A stretch of 64,000 bases of DNA from assembly GCF_009914755.1 (NCBI RefSeq), contig NC_060932.1; one strand, written 5' to 3'. A program made the position numbers and the translations under genes. Origin of the DNA: the human T2T-CHM13v2.0 reference genome, Homo sapiens. The notes under the pieces were generated by a model. That model ran no database searches and was not told where the DNA came from. It was given only the letters and a program-made list of their open reading frames with translations. Shown here in pieces: positions 1 through 12,613 of this stretch; position 1 is the first letter of the stretch; each line of letters opens with the position of its first letter.

Positions 1-896
1 GCCTCAGCCACTGGAGTAGCTAAATACCCTGAATTTTTATATTCCATCAAGCACTGAGACAGAACAACAACATCTATTTCTCTCCCTTTTCACACTGTAC
101 AAAACAAAGATAAGGAAGATGCCTCTGGAATGATGATAGGTATGTTGGTACATTGATCTAGTCTCCTTTTATAAGGCTCTGATTAGTTCTGTGTGGCTCA
201 ATTAGTGCAATTACATCCAAGGGGAAAAGTCCTACAAAGAAAACTACAATTAAACACAGTACAGCTACCTTTGCCTCTCTTTGAACCCCTTGCATTTTTT
301 GGTTTCTGCATAACTGAGAGCTGTGCATATGGAGAACTTAGCACAGAGAGCAATGTTGGCAATTGCTAACTAACATTGCTAAGGAGGACTTAGCAGTGTA
401 AGTGCCAGAGAGCTTCTTCTTGTAGAATCAGAGAGCAGGTCAGCCGTGTGATCCCCTGCCTGCAGCAGAGGCTGTGAAGGAAGAAGCCTCACATGCCCAG
501 CCTGGCAAGCAGGGTGCAACTGCCCCCTCTCCCAACAAAAGATACCTGGCTATCACCAAATTGCAACATCCCTGGTGCCAACCAACTAGATAATTCAGAC
601 CTAAGTTATTTCTAGGAAGCTTGAGGTAAATTTATCAGACTGTTGCCAAAGTCTATGCTTTACTTATAGACAGGAACATATGGGCTGATTGAACCATTTC
701 CAGAAAGACAGTCTGGTCATTGGGAAATCTGACTGATGAGCGCTGGGAGGGAGAAGTGACATCGTTGACAGGAAAAAGGAGAAACTTAAAGGAGCAGCAA
801 GACTCTCCTCCTCATAGAGAAGAGCAATGGACCAGACAGAGGCATCCCAAGAGTGACTGGAAAGTTTCAGGAATGTCAGTGCCTTTAGAGTCATGG

Positions 897-1303
897 GTTT
901 GTTTGTTTTTTTAATTTTTAATTGCAAATTGTAATTGCAATATATTTATAGCACACAAGGTGACGTTTTGATATATGTATACAATGTGGAATGACTAAAT
1001 CAAGCTAATTAATATCTCCATCACATCACATCCTTATTTTTAATGGTGAGAACATTTGAAATTTACTGTCTTAGCAATTTTGAAATATGCAATACATTAT
1101 TATTAACTTTAGCACCATGCTGTGCAATAGATCTCAAAAACTTATTCCTCCTGTCTACCTAAAACTTTGTACTCTTTGACCATCTCCACATGGATATAGA
1201 TGCAAAAATCCTCAACAAAATACTAGCAAACCAAATTCCACAGCCATTAAAAGAATCATCTACCATGATCAAGTGGAATTTATTCTTGGGATGCAAGGAT
1301 GGT
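897..1303 (-). mobile_element. Old L1MA-type 3' end (minus, ~897-1190) joined to an inverted L1 ORF2 RT fragment (plus, ~1190-1303)
   Basis: T-rich tail followed by L1MA 3'UTR-like sequence; 1195-1303 (tagatgcaaaaatcctcaacaaaatactagcaaac...gggatgcaagg) parallels the plus-strand ORF2 at ~35130-35235 of this window. Confidence 0.7.
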
Positions 1304-3016
1304 GTTTTAAAGCCCTAGGCCTTGTTGAAGGGTACTTGAATTTGTTTTGATAGAAATGGTATCTTGTTAGTTTTAAATTAAAATAATCCGCACAGTGATA
1401 TTCATCTTATCCTGTTTATAACAGTGAAAAGCTGGCATTCTATGTATGAGAGAACATAATTAAATAAAATAAGGTAACTCCACTCAATGGAATATTATGA
1501 TGTAATCAAGCCAAAGATTTGAAAAAGAACAGTATACAATGGAAAATGCTTAAGATGCAATGCTAAGTCAAAATGTGAAGGGAATCAAAGTGTGCATAAT
1601 GTTTATTATGATTTCACATTTTTTAAATAAAATTTAAGCCAAAAAATACATGGCCTGGCACAGTTCACCAGTGTTTAGGTGGTAGGATTACAGACTTTTT
1701 TCTTCCTTCTGCATACCAGTATGTTTCAAATTTAATGAGCATGCACAGTTTTTAATGGATATATTTTATAAAAAATAATTACTTGAAAATATAAGTAAAC
1801 TATCTCAATAGCCACACCATAAAAATCACAGGGAATCAAAATATGAAGGTAAGGAAACCACTCTATGAAACTAAACTATTCACCTGTTGGAAGGTGAAGG
1901 AAAGCTGAAAAGACTTACAAGTTAGCAGGGCAATTACTCTCTGGAAGAAAAGAAAAACATGAGACGGATGCTTCAGACAGTACCCCTCTTTTGCTTTACC
2001 ACAAGGAAAAGAAGGAGCAAACAATGCTTTTCTTCCGGGAACTAGAATCAGGTGAGAAGGCTGTCCTTCGCCTGGTGCATTTTTTATTTTGATTCCCCTG
2101 GACTTACAAGGGTTTTCATACCCTTCCTGCTCTGAAACTCCCAGGAACTAGAGTCGGAACCCAGGTACCACATATATACTGAAACAACTGCAATTTCAAA
2201 AGAGGTTTGCAGTCCATTGGGAGTGTGTTCCTGCAGATGTGAGCTCTCTGTGAGCAAGGATCAACTTTGTCTTATTCACTATCGCAAACCCGATGCCTAG
2301 CACGGTGCTTGATTCCAAAGGATGTCTCAAAGCACGTTTGTTGAATGAATGTTTTTTTCAATATTTTCTCAGAATCAGGGTTTGCCTAAGCAGACACTGG
2401 AGTTCAAGGTTAGTCGAAAATTGTATTTTATCCTATTTAGGTGTTTTTTTTTAAATATGCTATGGCAACATGTTATTTAGACAAATAATTTTACCATTTT
2501 AATTAGTTCAAAAATTGTTCCAATTAACGTGTGGTGTTACCTTTAACATAGTTATTCACCCGTAGGAGAAAGAAGTTGAAGCCAGTCAGCACTATCCACC
2601 TAGTGCAATTGATCTGGATTATAGACAGGCTGCAAAGAAGGACATCAACAGCCTCTGGGATACTACACTTGTAAACCCCAGCCTACCTCGTGACAACAAT
2701 CGTTCTATTAACCCTAACCATTTCTGGGAAGGATGCCTGTGGGACTGCCGTTTGGCACCACGGCTGGGAGGAAAACAGGAGCCGCCACCTTTAAACCTCA
2801 GAGCTAATAGGTGGACCAGGATAACTGGTGCCAGACAGCGTCTCCCATGATGCCCTGCTCTGAGACTCTTCCCACAGGCACCACTGGAAGCCCAATTCAG
2901 TCAAAATTGCTTTTGTGCTAAATTGCTTTTCCTGTCACCAGTTTACAACACGTCACTGGTTCTTGTGCTACACAGGCAAATTCAAAGATTTCACTGGCTT
3001 TTTCCTGTCCTGTCAG

Positions 3017-3094
3017 CTATCCAGCTGTCTACCATCTCCACAATGAAGGGCTCTGCAGCTCCTCCGAATGAATATAATAGTAAAAATGCTTTAA
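3017..3094 (+). other. Candidate 78-nt exon (unverified)
   Basis: Pyrimidine tract ctttttcctgtcctgtcAG ending 3016; donor TAA|GTAAGT at 3095; ATG at 3043 open to the donor. Motifs only. Confidence 0.2.
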
Positions 3095-3462
3095 GTAAGT
3101 GAGGTCCTGGCAGTGTTCAAGGGCTTCCTCATTCAGTATCAGACCCTCACGTTAACCTTCACAGGGTCAGAATTGAGAAATGTAATTAGAAAAACCTTTA
3201 AGGAAATGGATTGTTGAGTTCAGCAAGAAGAGCCACGTTAACAATATCTTTCAAGTGTGGGAATGGCTTCTGCACTGTGAAGAGCTAATTCTCATCTCCT
3301 CTAAACCAAGAACAAGAAGAGCCTCGTTCAAGAGGAGGGCATCGTGGGAGACACTGGCTGGCACCAGTTCTCCTGGTCCAGCCACCAGCCCTGAGGATTA
3401 AACAACTGAAACAAGAAGAGTTTCAGTTGAAACTTGAGGGATTTCATGTAGATTTCACTTAC

Positions 3463-3528
3463 CTTTGGTTCTGTGACATTCTTTCCCTAGGATTCTCATC
3501 TTTCTGAGAAGTTTTTAAACAATTCGGT
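3463..3528 (-). other. Candidate 66-nt exon (unverified)
   Basis: Minus strand: acceptor ctgctccgtcttctgcattcAG and consensus donor AAG|GTAAGT; one open frame (PNCLKTSQKDENPRERMSQNQ); no recognised protein. Confidence 0.3.
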
Positions 3529-4958
3529 CTGAATGCAGAAGACGGAGCAGATGGCCTTTAAGGACCTTCATCTTTAAGATGATGGACAATTCAGGAGCTT
3601 CAAGAGGAAACTGTACCTTGTCCTTTGATGGTCATTTCGATGCTAACAAACATTTTTAAAACACCAGGCACATATTCTCATACAGATGATGGCCTGGAAG
3701 CATTCTCATCCATTTCAACCTACTGATTGATTTCTTCTCTTCCTTATTGAGTACTGTCCACTTTTCCTCCAACTGGGGCTCTGGCCCTTTCATCCTATTC
3801 AGGTCCTTGTGCACTCACACTATTTCCTCTGCAATAAAGGAGGGTCTATTCCCCTTAAATTATACAGTCCCCTTAAAAAGGAAGATTATTAACCACTATG
3901 TCTTGGTCAGCTTCCAACATGGGAAATTATTTTGCCTCCCTACAATTTCCCCTGTCATTCTAATTAGAAATTCTATTTAATATCCCACTCAAAATAAAAC
4001 CTGTTGCAGAGGGGGCTGCCTCAGAGGGACCTGCCTTTTCCAGCACAGGGGAGGCAACATTTCCGAGATGCATGACTAATACTCCTCGGGCAGAGGCTGA
4101 GTACATTGGGTTCCTTTGGGAGCAAAGGTACCTCCAAAAGATCAAATTAGTTTTCATTTTATGCCTGAAGGAGGCAATCCCACAAGACAGATTTTTTTTC
4201 CCTCCAGCATTTTGCAGCATATTCTCAGATTAAGAATCAAGACAAGAACTGCTTGGTAATATTGTGTGGATGACGCATTACATGGGGCTGATTCTGTGAG
4301 ATCATGTCATCTTGTTCTGTTAGAGCAACTCGATGTGCCTTCCCTGTGCACCCCAGCTCTGTGAGTCACCGCGTGATATATGTCCAGGAAATGCAAAATG
4401 GTGCTGAAGACTAAAACAGTGCTAAAAACTCAGGATTAAAAAATTGAGGCTTCCGGCCTGGGAATGGAGAGTGAAAAAAGTAAACTCTGAGGTGGGGAGC
4501 AGGTCTTCACTTCTGTTTTTCTTTTCATTTGCCTCTATCCTTATTTTTGGTGTTATTTAAGTATAGGATCCTCAAGGGATCATAGTTTATAAATAGGCAC
4601 TGTAGATAGTAACTGTTTTTGAAGTTTTATTTGCCTCAAAAATGAAGCTTATTTTCACCCCACATCCTAAGAAGATTTTGTTATCAGAAAATGACTAAAT
4701 ATCTGTGTGTAGAATGTACAGGATGAATGCTAAATAACATTGGCTAAATAAGCTCCACTCATGCCTGGAGAGTCCTGTAATACAAAACAATCTCCATATA
4801 TACAAATTTACAGCATATTTGAATGACAATAGAATGAACAAACAATCAAAAATAATCTAACAAAGACCAAATATAAATTTAGTCTTATCCAAATACTTTC
4901 AACAGAAAAAAACTATGTGCTGGACCACAAACAGTGAGAATCCAAAGTTTAAAATCTT

Positions 4959-5043
4959 AGGCCGAGCCAGGAGGATCACTTGAGCTCAGGAGTTTGAGAC
5001 CAGCCTAGGCGACATTGTGAGACCTTGTCTCTATTAAAAAAAA
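4959..5043 (+). mobile_element. 5'-truncated FLAM/Alu monomer
   Basis: ggaggatcacttgagctcaggagtttgagaccagcc + A tail; 15-bp TSD aaagtttaaaatctt (4944-4958, 5044-5058). Confidence 0.85.
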
Positions 5044-8000
5044 AAAGTTTAAAATCTTTTCTTCTTCTGCCTCTGTCTTCTAAATTTCAGTAAATAGAAG
5101 AATTGGTGAACCTAAGTTCGGTGAGGCAAACTTGCAGAAAAAGATAGAAACAGCAGAGATTAATCAAGCCAAGATGTTAACAAGGATAGAATCTCTTCCT
5201 GTCTCAGTTGACCTTTCCAACCTAGTGCATAATGCTTCTCACTCCAGGATCTTAAGGCACTAGGACAGCCACACAAATTAGCAGGAGTCCAGACCCCCAG
5301 GGTTGAAAAGCAATCAGACAGAGTACATGATAAATACCACCCATTCCTCAAAACCACCATCCTTCTCCTGTTCAAAATATACTTTAATGGGCAGGGCAGC
5401 ATCTTTCTGGGCTTTGAGTGCTACAGGCCTGATTTAGACCAAAGTCTGGTTAAATCCAAAGAGGTTTGCCCCATTAAGCTGCCACTGTGTTCCATGGAGG
5501 GTGAATTACTCAGGGTAGTCACTTCAACAGGCAAAATACACTGGAACCATTATTGGGTTTGGAAGTCAGCAGACCAGGCAGAACCTGAAGGATCCTCTGT
5601 ACCCAAACACTCACACCCCAGAGGAACTTCCATTCTCTCTGCCCCACATTCCACTTGTCTGACAACATGGGGCAATGAGGGTCACTCAGGTACCCTGTAC
5701 TGGACTGGGGCTGAGGACCCAGTGGGGCTGCCAAAGAAACGTCATGTTATGGATGCACATGTGCCTTTACAATGCATTTTCTTTGGCTTGGCAGCTGAAG
5801 CATGGTATGCATAGGTCACAGATGGTGGGTGGCAGGTGGAAAACTAAGAACCAACTTTGCTTTTTCCCAATTTTCAGGGCCAGCCATGGGAAACATCACT
5901 AGTGGTCCCAAATGAGTTCAAAGTGAGTGCCCTGGAGGAAATAGTAACTATTACAACTATGAAATATTCTCTCAACATTTGAGAGTTATAATGATGTTCA
6001 TCCAAGAGCTTAGACATCATGGCAATGGCATGGCCTAAAATCAATGTACAAGACTAAATGATATGTGAACAAGTCTGAGACAAGATGACTCCCAGGCCTG
6101 CAGGTTTAATTATAGCTTGATTGAAAGTAATTATTGTCTTAAAAAGCCATGTCAATCACAAAGATTGGTCAGTCATGGAAGGTATTGATATTTATAAAAG
6201 ATAATTTAATCATTGCATAGATAGACATCACAGATACCTGGAAATGGAATACCATAAACCCAAGTTTTCTAAATTACCCTTGGCTAGAAAAGGTAACTGA
6301 AACCAGAGGCAACGATTCTTCATTAGCTAATTTTTTCTTAACTTTGAGATAACTATAGATTCACATGAAGCAATAAGAAACAATAGAGAATAATCCCATG
6401 TACCCTCTACCCAGTGTCCCCCAATAGTAACATCATGCAAAACCATGGTGCAATATCATAACCAGAATATTGACACTGACAGAGTCAAGATAACATCTTC
6501 ACTACAAGGATCTCTCATGTTGCCCTCTTACAATCACATCCACTTCCTTCTCCCTTGACCTCTCCCTTAGCCCCTCCCACCTCTGCCTCATTTACCTCTG
6601 GCAACCACCAATCAGTTCTCCAGTTCTATAATTCTGTCATTTCAAAAATGTTATATAAATAGAATCACACAGTATGTAATCCTTTGGATTTTTTTTTTCA
6701 CTCACAATAATTCACTGGACATTTATCCAAGTTGCTGCCTGTACCAATAATTTGTTCCTTTTTACTGTGTAATAGTATGGATATACCACAGTTTGTTTAA
6801 CTGCTCACCCATTGAAAGACATTTTTTATTATTTCCAATTTGGGGATATTATGAGTAAAGCTGCTATGCACAAACATTAAGAAGTTTTCATTTCTCTGGG
6901 GTAAATGCCCAAGTGTACAATTGCTGGGTCATAAGGTAATTGCATGTTTAAGAAACTGCCAAACTTTTCCACAGGTTTTGTACCAGCTTACATTTTCACC
7001 AGCAATATAATCCAGTTCTTTTCATCTTCTCCAGCATCTGATATTGTCACTATTTTTTATTTTAGCCATTATGATAGGTGTGTAGCAATATCTCATTATG
7101 GCTTTAATTTGCATTTCCCTAATTCCTAATGATGTTCAACACATTTTTCATGCGTTTATTTTCCATCTGTATATCACTTCCAGGGAAATGTCTTTTTGTG
7201 TCTTTTGACCACTTTCTAGTAAGATTATTTGTTCATTTATTATGCTATTGAGTTTTGACAGTTGTTTATTTATTCTAATACTAGTGTTTTGTTGGATATA
7301 TGGCTTGCAAATATATTCTCTCAGTCTGTTGCTTTTCTGTTATTGGCTTAACAGGGTCTTTCACAGAGCAAAAGTTTTATATTTTAATCAAGTCCAATAT
7401 ATCAATTTTCATTTTATGAACCATGTTTTGGTGTCCAGCCTAAGAACACTTTGCCTACCCCTAGATCCTGAAAATCTTATCCTGTGTTTTTTCTGTAAGT
7501 TTTATAGTTTTGCATTTTACATTTACATTCACAATCCATTTTGAGTTAAATTTTATGTAAGCTATGAGGTTTAGATGGGGTTAATTTTACTGTGTCTGGA
7601 TGTCAAACTGTTCCAGGACCTTTTGTCATAAAGTTTATTCTCCCTGCATTGAATTGCTGTGGTACCTTGGTCAAAATCAGTTGGGCATATTTGAATGGGT
7701 CTTTTTCTGGGTCTTCTATTCTGTTCCATTGACCTATGGGTCTACTCCTCCCCTTCTGTTCCTCCATGAATAATACCAAGCAATCTTGATTACTGTTGTT
7801 ACATAATTAGCCTTGAAATTGAATAGCAATTTCTTTCACCTTATTCTTCTTTTTCAAAATTGTTTCAGCTATTCTAGTTCCTTTGCCTTTCCATATAAAG
7901 TTTAGAATAACCTTGTCTATATATTTTATCAAAAGTCTTGTAAGGATTTTGATAGGAACTGCATTAAACATGCACAGCAAATTGGAGAGGACTGACATAC

Positions 8001-8290
8001 TTTCCATCCTGAATTTTCTAATTCATGAACATCTTGTGTCCATTTATTTTGAGCTTTGATTTTCTTATCAGTATTTTGTTTGTAGTTTTTGGAATAAAGT
8101 CCTGTTTGTATTTTCTTATATTTATGCTATTTTTTATTTGAGCAGTTGTAAATGGCATTTTTCTTTTAATTTCAGCACACTTTTAGTGTTCATTACTAAT
8201 ACATAGAAAAATAATTAACTTTTCTATGTTGATCTTGTATCCTGTGACCTTGCTGAATTCAATTAATAGTTCTGTTCTATGAGTTGAAGT

Positions 8291-8352
8291 CTTCTTCTCC
8301 TTCTCCTTCTCCTTCTTCTCCTCCTCCTCCTCCTCCTCCTGCTGCTGCTGCT
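8291..8352. repeat. Compound trinucleotide microsatellite (CTT/CTC/CTG)
   Basis: cttcttctccttctccttc...ctcctcctc...ctgctgctgctgct read directly. Confidence 0.9.
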
Positions 8353-10894
8353 TATGTAGGTTCATTGGGATTTTCTACATAAACATTCATGTCATCTGCA
8401 AATAGGGACAGACATATTTCCTCATTTCCAATATGTGTGTCTATTATTTCCTTTTCTTGCTTTGTTGCACCAGCTAGAACTTCCAACACTATGCTAAATA
8501 AGTGGTAAGAGCAAACATCTTTGCCTTGTTCCCATTTTTAAAGAGAGGCATGTAGTCTTTCACCATTAAGCATGATATTAACTTTAGGATTTTGGTCAAT
8601 TCACTTTATCAAGTTGAAGTTCTTTATTCTTATTTTTCTGAGAGATTTTTTGAACAAAAAATGGGTGCTGAATTTTTTCAAAAAAACTTTTTGCATTGAT
8701 TAATATGATTATGTGATTTTTCTTCTTTAGCCTGATACTATGGTGGATTACAGTGTTTGACTTTCAAATGTTGAACTAGGCATGCATTCCGGAAATAGAC
8801 CTTATTTGGTCATAGAGTATGTTAATTCTTTTTATAGAATTCCAAATTCTGTTTGCCAATACTTTATTAAGATTTTTGTGTCTATATTCACAAGGGATGT
8901 TGTATTCATCTGCAGTTTTCTTTTTCTTTTTTGTACTGTCTTTGTCTGGTTTTGGTATCAAAGCAATACTGGTTTTTCATAAAATGTTAGAAGTGTTCCC
9001 TTCTCTTCTATTTTCTTGAAAAAATTGTGTAGAATGGTGTTAGTTCTTCTTTAAACACTTGTTAATAGTCTCTGATGAAAATTTCTAAGTCTGGAGATTT
9101 ACTTAGGACTTTTTTAATGAATTTGAATTCCTGGATAATTATAGGGATACTCAAATTGTCTATTTAATTTGGGTGAGTTATGGTAGTTTGTGTTTTTCAA
9201 GGAATCAATCCATTTAATCTAAATTGTCAAATCATGCAGAGTTGCTCACAATATTCCCTTATTATCTATTTGATACCTGCAGGGTCTTTAGTGATATCCC
9301 GTTTCATTCCTTATGTTGGTAATCTGCATATTACCTGTTTTCTTCTTCATCACACTTGCTAGAAATGTGTCAATTTTGTTGATCTTTTCAAAGAGCTTTC
9401 TTTTTGTTCCATTGGTTTTCTCTATTTTTAATTTCATTGATTTCTGCTCTTTATTATTTAATCTATTTTATTTGTTTTGGATTTATTTTGCTCTTCATTT
9501 TCTAGATCCTTGAGGTGATAGCTTAGATTATTGATTTCAGATTTTTTCTGTTTTCTAATGAAAGCATTTAGTGCTATAAATTTCAATCTCAACACTAATT
9601 TAGCTGTCCCACAAATTTTGATATATTATACATTAATTTTCATGCAGTTCAATTTTTTTACTTCAATATAATATTTGACCTATGGATTATTTAGAAGTGT
9701 GTTATTTAGTTTCCAAGTGTTTAGAGATTTTGCTGTTGTCTTTCTTTTGGTGATTTCTGGTTTAATTTTATTGTGGTCAGAGAACACATACTATAGGAGT
9801 TCTATTCTTTTAAATTTGTAAGTTTGTTTTACAGCCTAGCATATGGTCTATCTTGGTATATGTTTCAGATGCATTTTTAAAAAATGTGTGTACTCCTGTT
9901 GTTAGGTGGAGCTTTCTATAAATATAAATTAGATTCTGTTGGCCAATGATACTGTTGAGTTCTTCTGTGTCCTTGCTAATTTCCTGTCTAGTTGTTCTAT
10001 CAATGTTAATAGAGAAATATTGAAATCTTCAACTATAACTATGAATTTGTCTGTTTCTCTTTTCAGTTCTATCAGTTTTCACTTCACATATTTTGCAGTT
10101 CTGTTGCTTGGTGTGTACACCTTCAGGATTACTATCTTTTCTTGGTAGATTGGCCTTTTGTTATTATATAATGTTCCTTCTCTGTAATTTTCTTTGCTCT
10201 GAAATCTACTTTATATGCTATTAGTATAGCCACTCCTGATTTATTTTGGTTAACATTTGCATGATATATATTTTTCCATCTTTTCACTTTCAACCTTTCT
10301 ATATCTGAGGTGTATTTCTTATAGACAGCATATAGTGTGTTGTTTCTTAATATACTCTGCCAATCTCTGTCTTTTAGTTGGTATATTTAAATGATTTACA
10401 TTTAATGCAATTATTGATACATTATGGTTTAAGTCATTTTATTTTTTGTTTTCTGTTTGTTCTCTCAGTTTTTCATTTCTCTTTCCTATTTTCCTGTGGG
10501 TTACTTGAACATTTTTTAGAATTCCATTTAGATTTATCTATATATATTATCTATAAATATATATTTAAATGTATCTTTTTGTATAGTTTTTTTAGTGGTT
10601 GATTAGGTTTTACATTATATATTTATAATATATACCTCTACTGACACCATGGGTTTCAGAGATGTGGTCTCATTACCACTGAGTGGTGATGAAAGTCCTG
10701 ACTCTCTTCTAGGTTTCTTCTGACACCTGCCCAGGTAAGGTTCTCCTTGTTGTAATCTGGTGAGGATGAGAGTCTTTGTCATAGATTTTCTGTGGTGTTT
10801 AACTGGAATAGAGTGGTTTCCTAAAAGTTTTTTGTCTTGCTAAGCTGCCCTGTACCTGGTCCTTTGGCTACAGAAAGCAGTTTTGTGTGTTAGG

Positions 10895-10935
10895 GCATGC
10901 GTGTGTGTGTGTGTGTACGTGCGCGCGCACACGTG
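10895..10935. repeat. 41-nt alternating purine-pyrimidine tract (GT)n(GC)n
   Basis: gcatgc(gt)8acgt(gc)4acacgtg read directly. Confidence 0.9.
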
Positions 10936-11470
10936 GTGTTTCCAGGTTGCCAGCTTATTACACTTTAAGTCTGAGACTTAGACCAAAAAAAAAAACATCC
11001 AAGGAACCTACCACTATGTTGTTCCTTGGGTTCTGAGGTCTCTAGCTGCTCTGCCTTCTTCCATCTTTCAGAATCTTCTTATGTTAATTTTATAAACACT
11101 GTGTAGGGCTTTTTAGTTGTACTTAGCAGAAAGAATAGGGAAAAGTATGTCTACTCCATCTTCCCAGAAGAAATGCTTCCTCTTTAGCTACTTCATGAAG
11201 AATATTTAAAGAAATAGAAAGACAATTGGCACAGGTGTTTTAAAAAGACAAAGCACCACCTAGTCATTACATTGTCAGGTAAATAATATACTAATTATCA
11301 TAAAATTAAAGTTTAATCTGTATTTATTCCGATACGTGGCATCAGAAAATTGGGTTTCTTTTTAAGGCAAAGACAAGCTTTCTTGTTGAATAGTTTAATA
11401 TTTAAAAACTTGTTGAATTCTAATTTTGGCATCATAAATATTATTATATGAAAGTATATTTGTACCAACT

Positions 11471-11556
11471 TGCTAGTAAATGCTTATATTTGTGGCAAGT
11501 TACAGATAAAACAAGTCTCAATTAAATTTTGCCACAAATATAAGCATTTATTAGCA
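11471..11556. repeat. 28-bp inverted repeat with 30-nt spacer
   Basis: tgctagtaaatgcttatatttgtggcaa (11471-11498) pairs with ttgccacaaatataagcatttattagca (11529-11556): 27 Watson-Crick pairs + 1 G-T. Confidence 0.95.
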
Positions 11557-11975
11557 GCTAGCACAAAGCAATTGTTTTTTAGCTGGAAGAAGTCCTAGGC
11601 TCCGTCTTCTTAAGTGTTCCGACTATACCTTGCGTTTTTTAAAATATCAAGAAAAACATTAATTCCAGAAGCAAAATTTGGTTAACCTCTCAGTCAGTAT
11701 CAAGTGACCAGAATCTTCCAAATTGTGGGAATTTAAGAGCATATCATATTCAAATCTCAAGCGCCAACCCCATGTGTAAAGGGAGATGGGCTTCCTAGCT
11801 TCTTACGCTCTTGTGTGCAGACTGGGAAAGCATCTTTAAAATATTTTGGTCAGTCCATATATCTTACACACCAATAATTTTAGGGAAAAATAAACAATTT
11901 CTAAAAGCCATTGTACAAAATAGCAAACCACTAATTATTACCCCATTTACAATGTTAACAAAATATCTGGTCCCA

Positions 11976-12225
11976 GAAGTAAGTTCAAGAGATCTGTTGT
12001 ACACGATGATGACTATAGTTAACAACATGAATATTGTTTACATGGCAATTTCTAAAAGTAGATTTCAAGTGTTCTGACTACATAAAGTGTTGTGTAAGGT
12101 AATGTATATGTTAATTAGCATAGCTTAGCCATTCTACAATATCTACATATATCAAAATATCATGTTATACATCATAAACATACACAATTTTTCTTTTCAA
12201 TGAAAAAAATTAAAAATAATAATAA
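11976..12225 (+). mobile_element. L1MA-type 3' end fragment
   Basis: aagttcaagagatctgttgtacacgatg...tatgttaattagc...A-rich tail. Confidence 0.7.
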
Positions 12226-12613
12226 GCTAAAATAAAAATGTCTGTAGAGTATGTTTTCTGGTTAAATATAAACTAACCATCCCTGGAAACACACATTTTA
12301 CTTGGGGCAAATGACTGCCTAAATTTAAGTGGAGTCCAAACAATTCAAATGCATGTACATATATCACATGTATATGTTGAAGTATTTAAAATATAATTAT
12401 TGACCCCCTAGTTCAACATTGTTTTAAATAACTTATTATTCTTGTTTTCAACAACCCACTTGGAAGAAGCAACACATTCACATGAGGAATGATCCATATG
12501 ACTCCTCCACACCAAAAATTGTAAAGCACATTACTATCATATTTGTATGCTATTGAAAATCTTTTTGCCCTTTCTCTCTCTCTCTCTCTCTCTTTCTCCC
12601 CCCTACCCCACGA

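Larger units (their letters stand above)
6330..11180 (-). mobile_element. Old L1MC-type LINE (3'UTR, degenerate ORF2, 5' end), internally deleted
   Basis: Degenerate ORF2 peptides on minus (MIPKPDKDS..., LLIEFSKVTGYKINIEK, FNAVPIKI...FIWKGK); L1-like 5' terminus (cttctgggaagatggagtag on minus); candidate TSD tcattagcta (6320-6329) / tctttagcta (11181-11190). Confidence 0.8.

Noticed and set aside
8183-8365. PolyQ/polyE-containing ORF
   Set aside because: Translation of a microsatellite inside a decayed L1 ORF2
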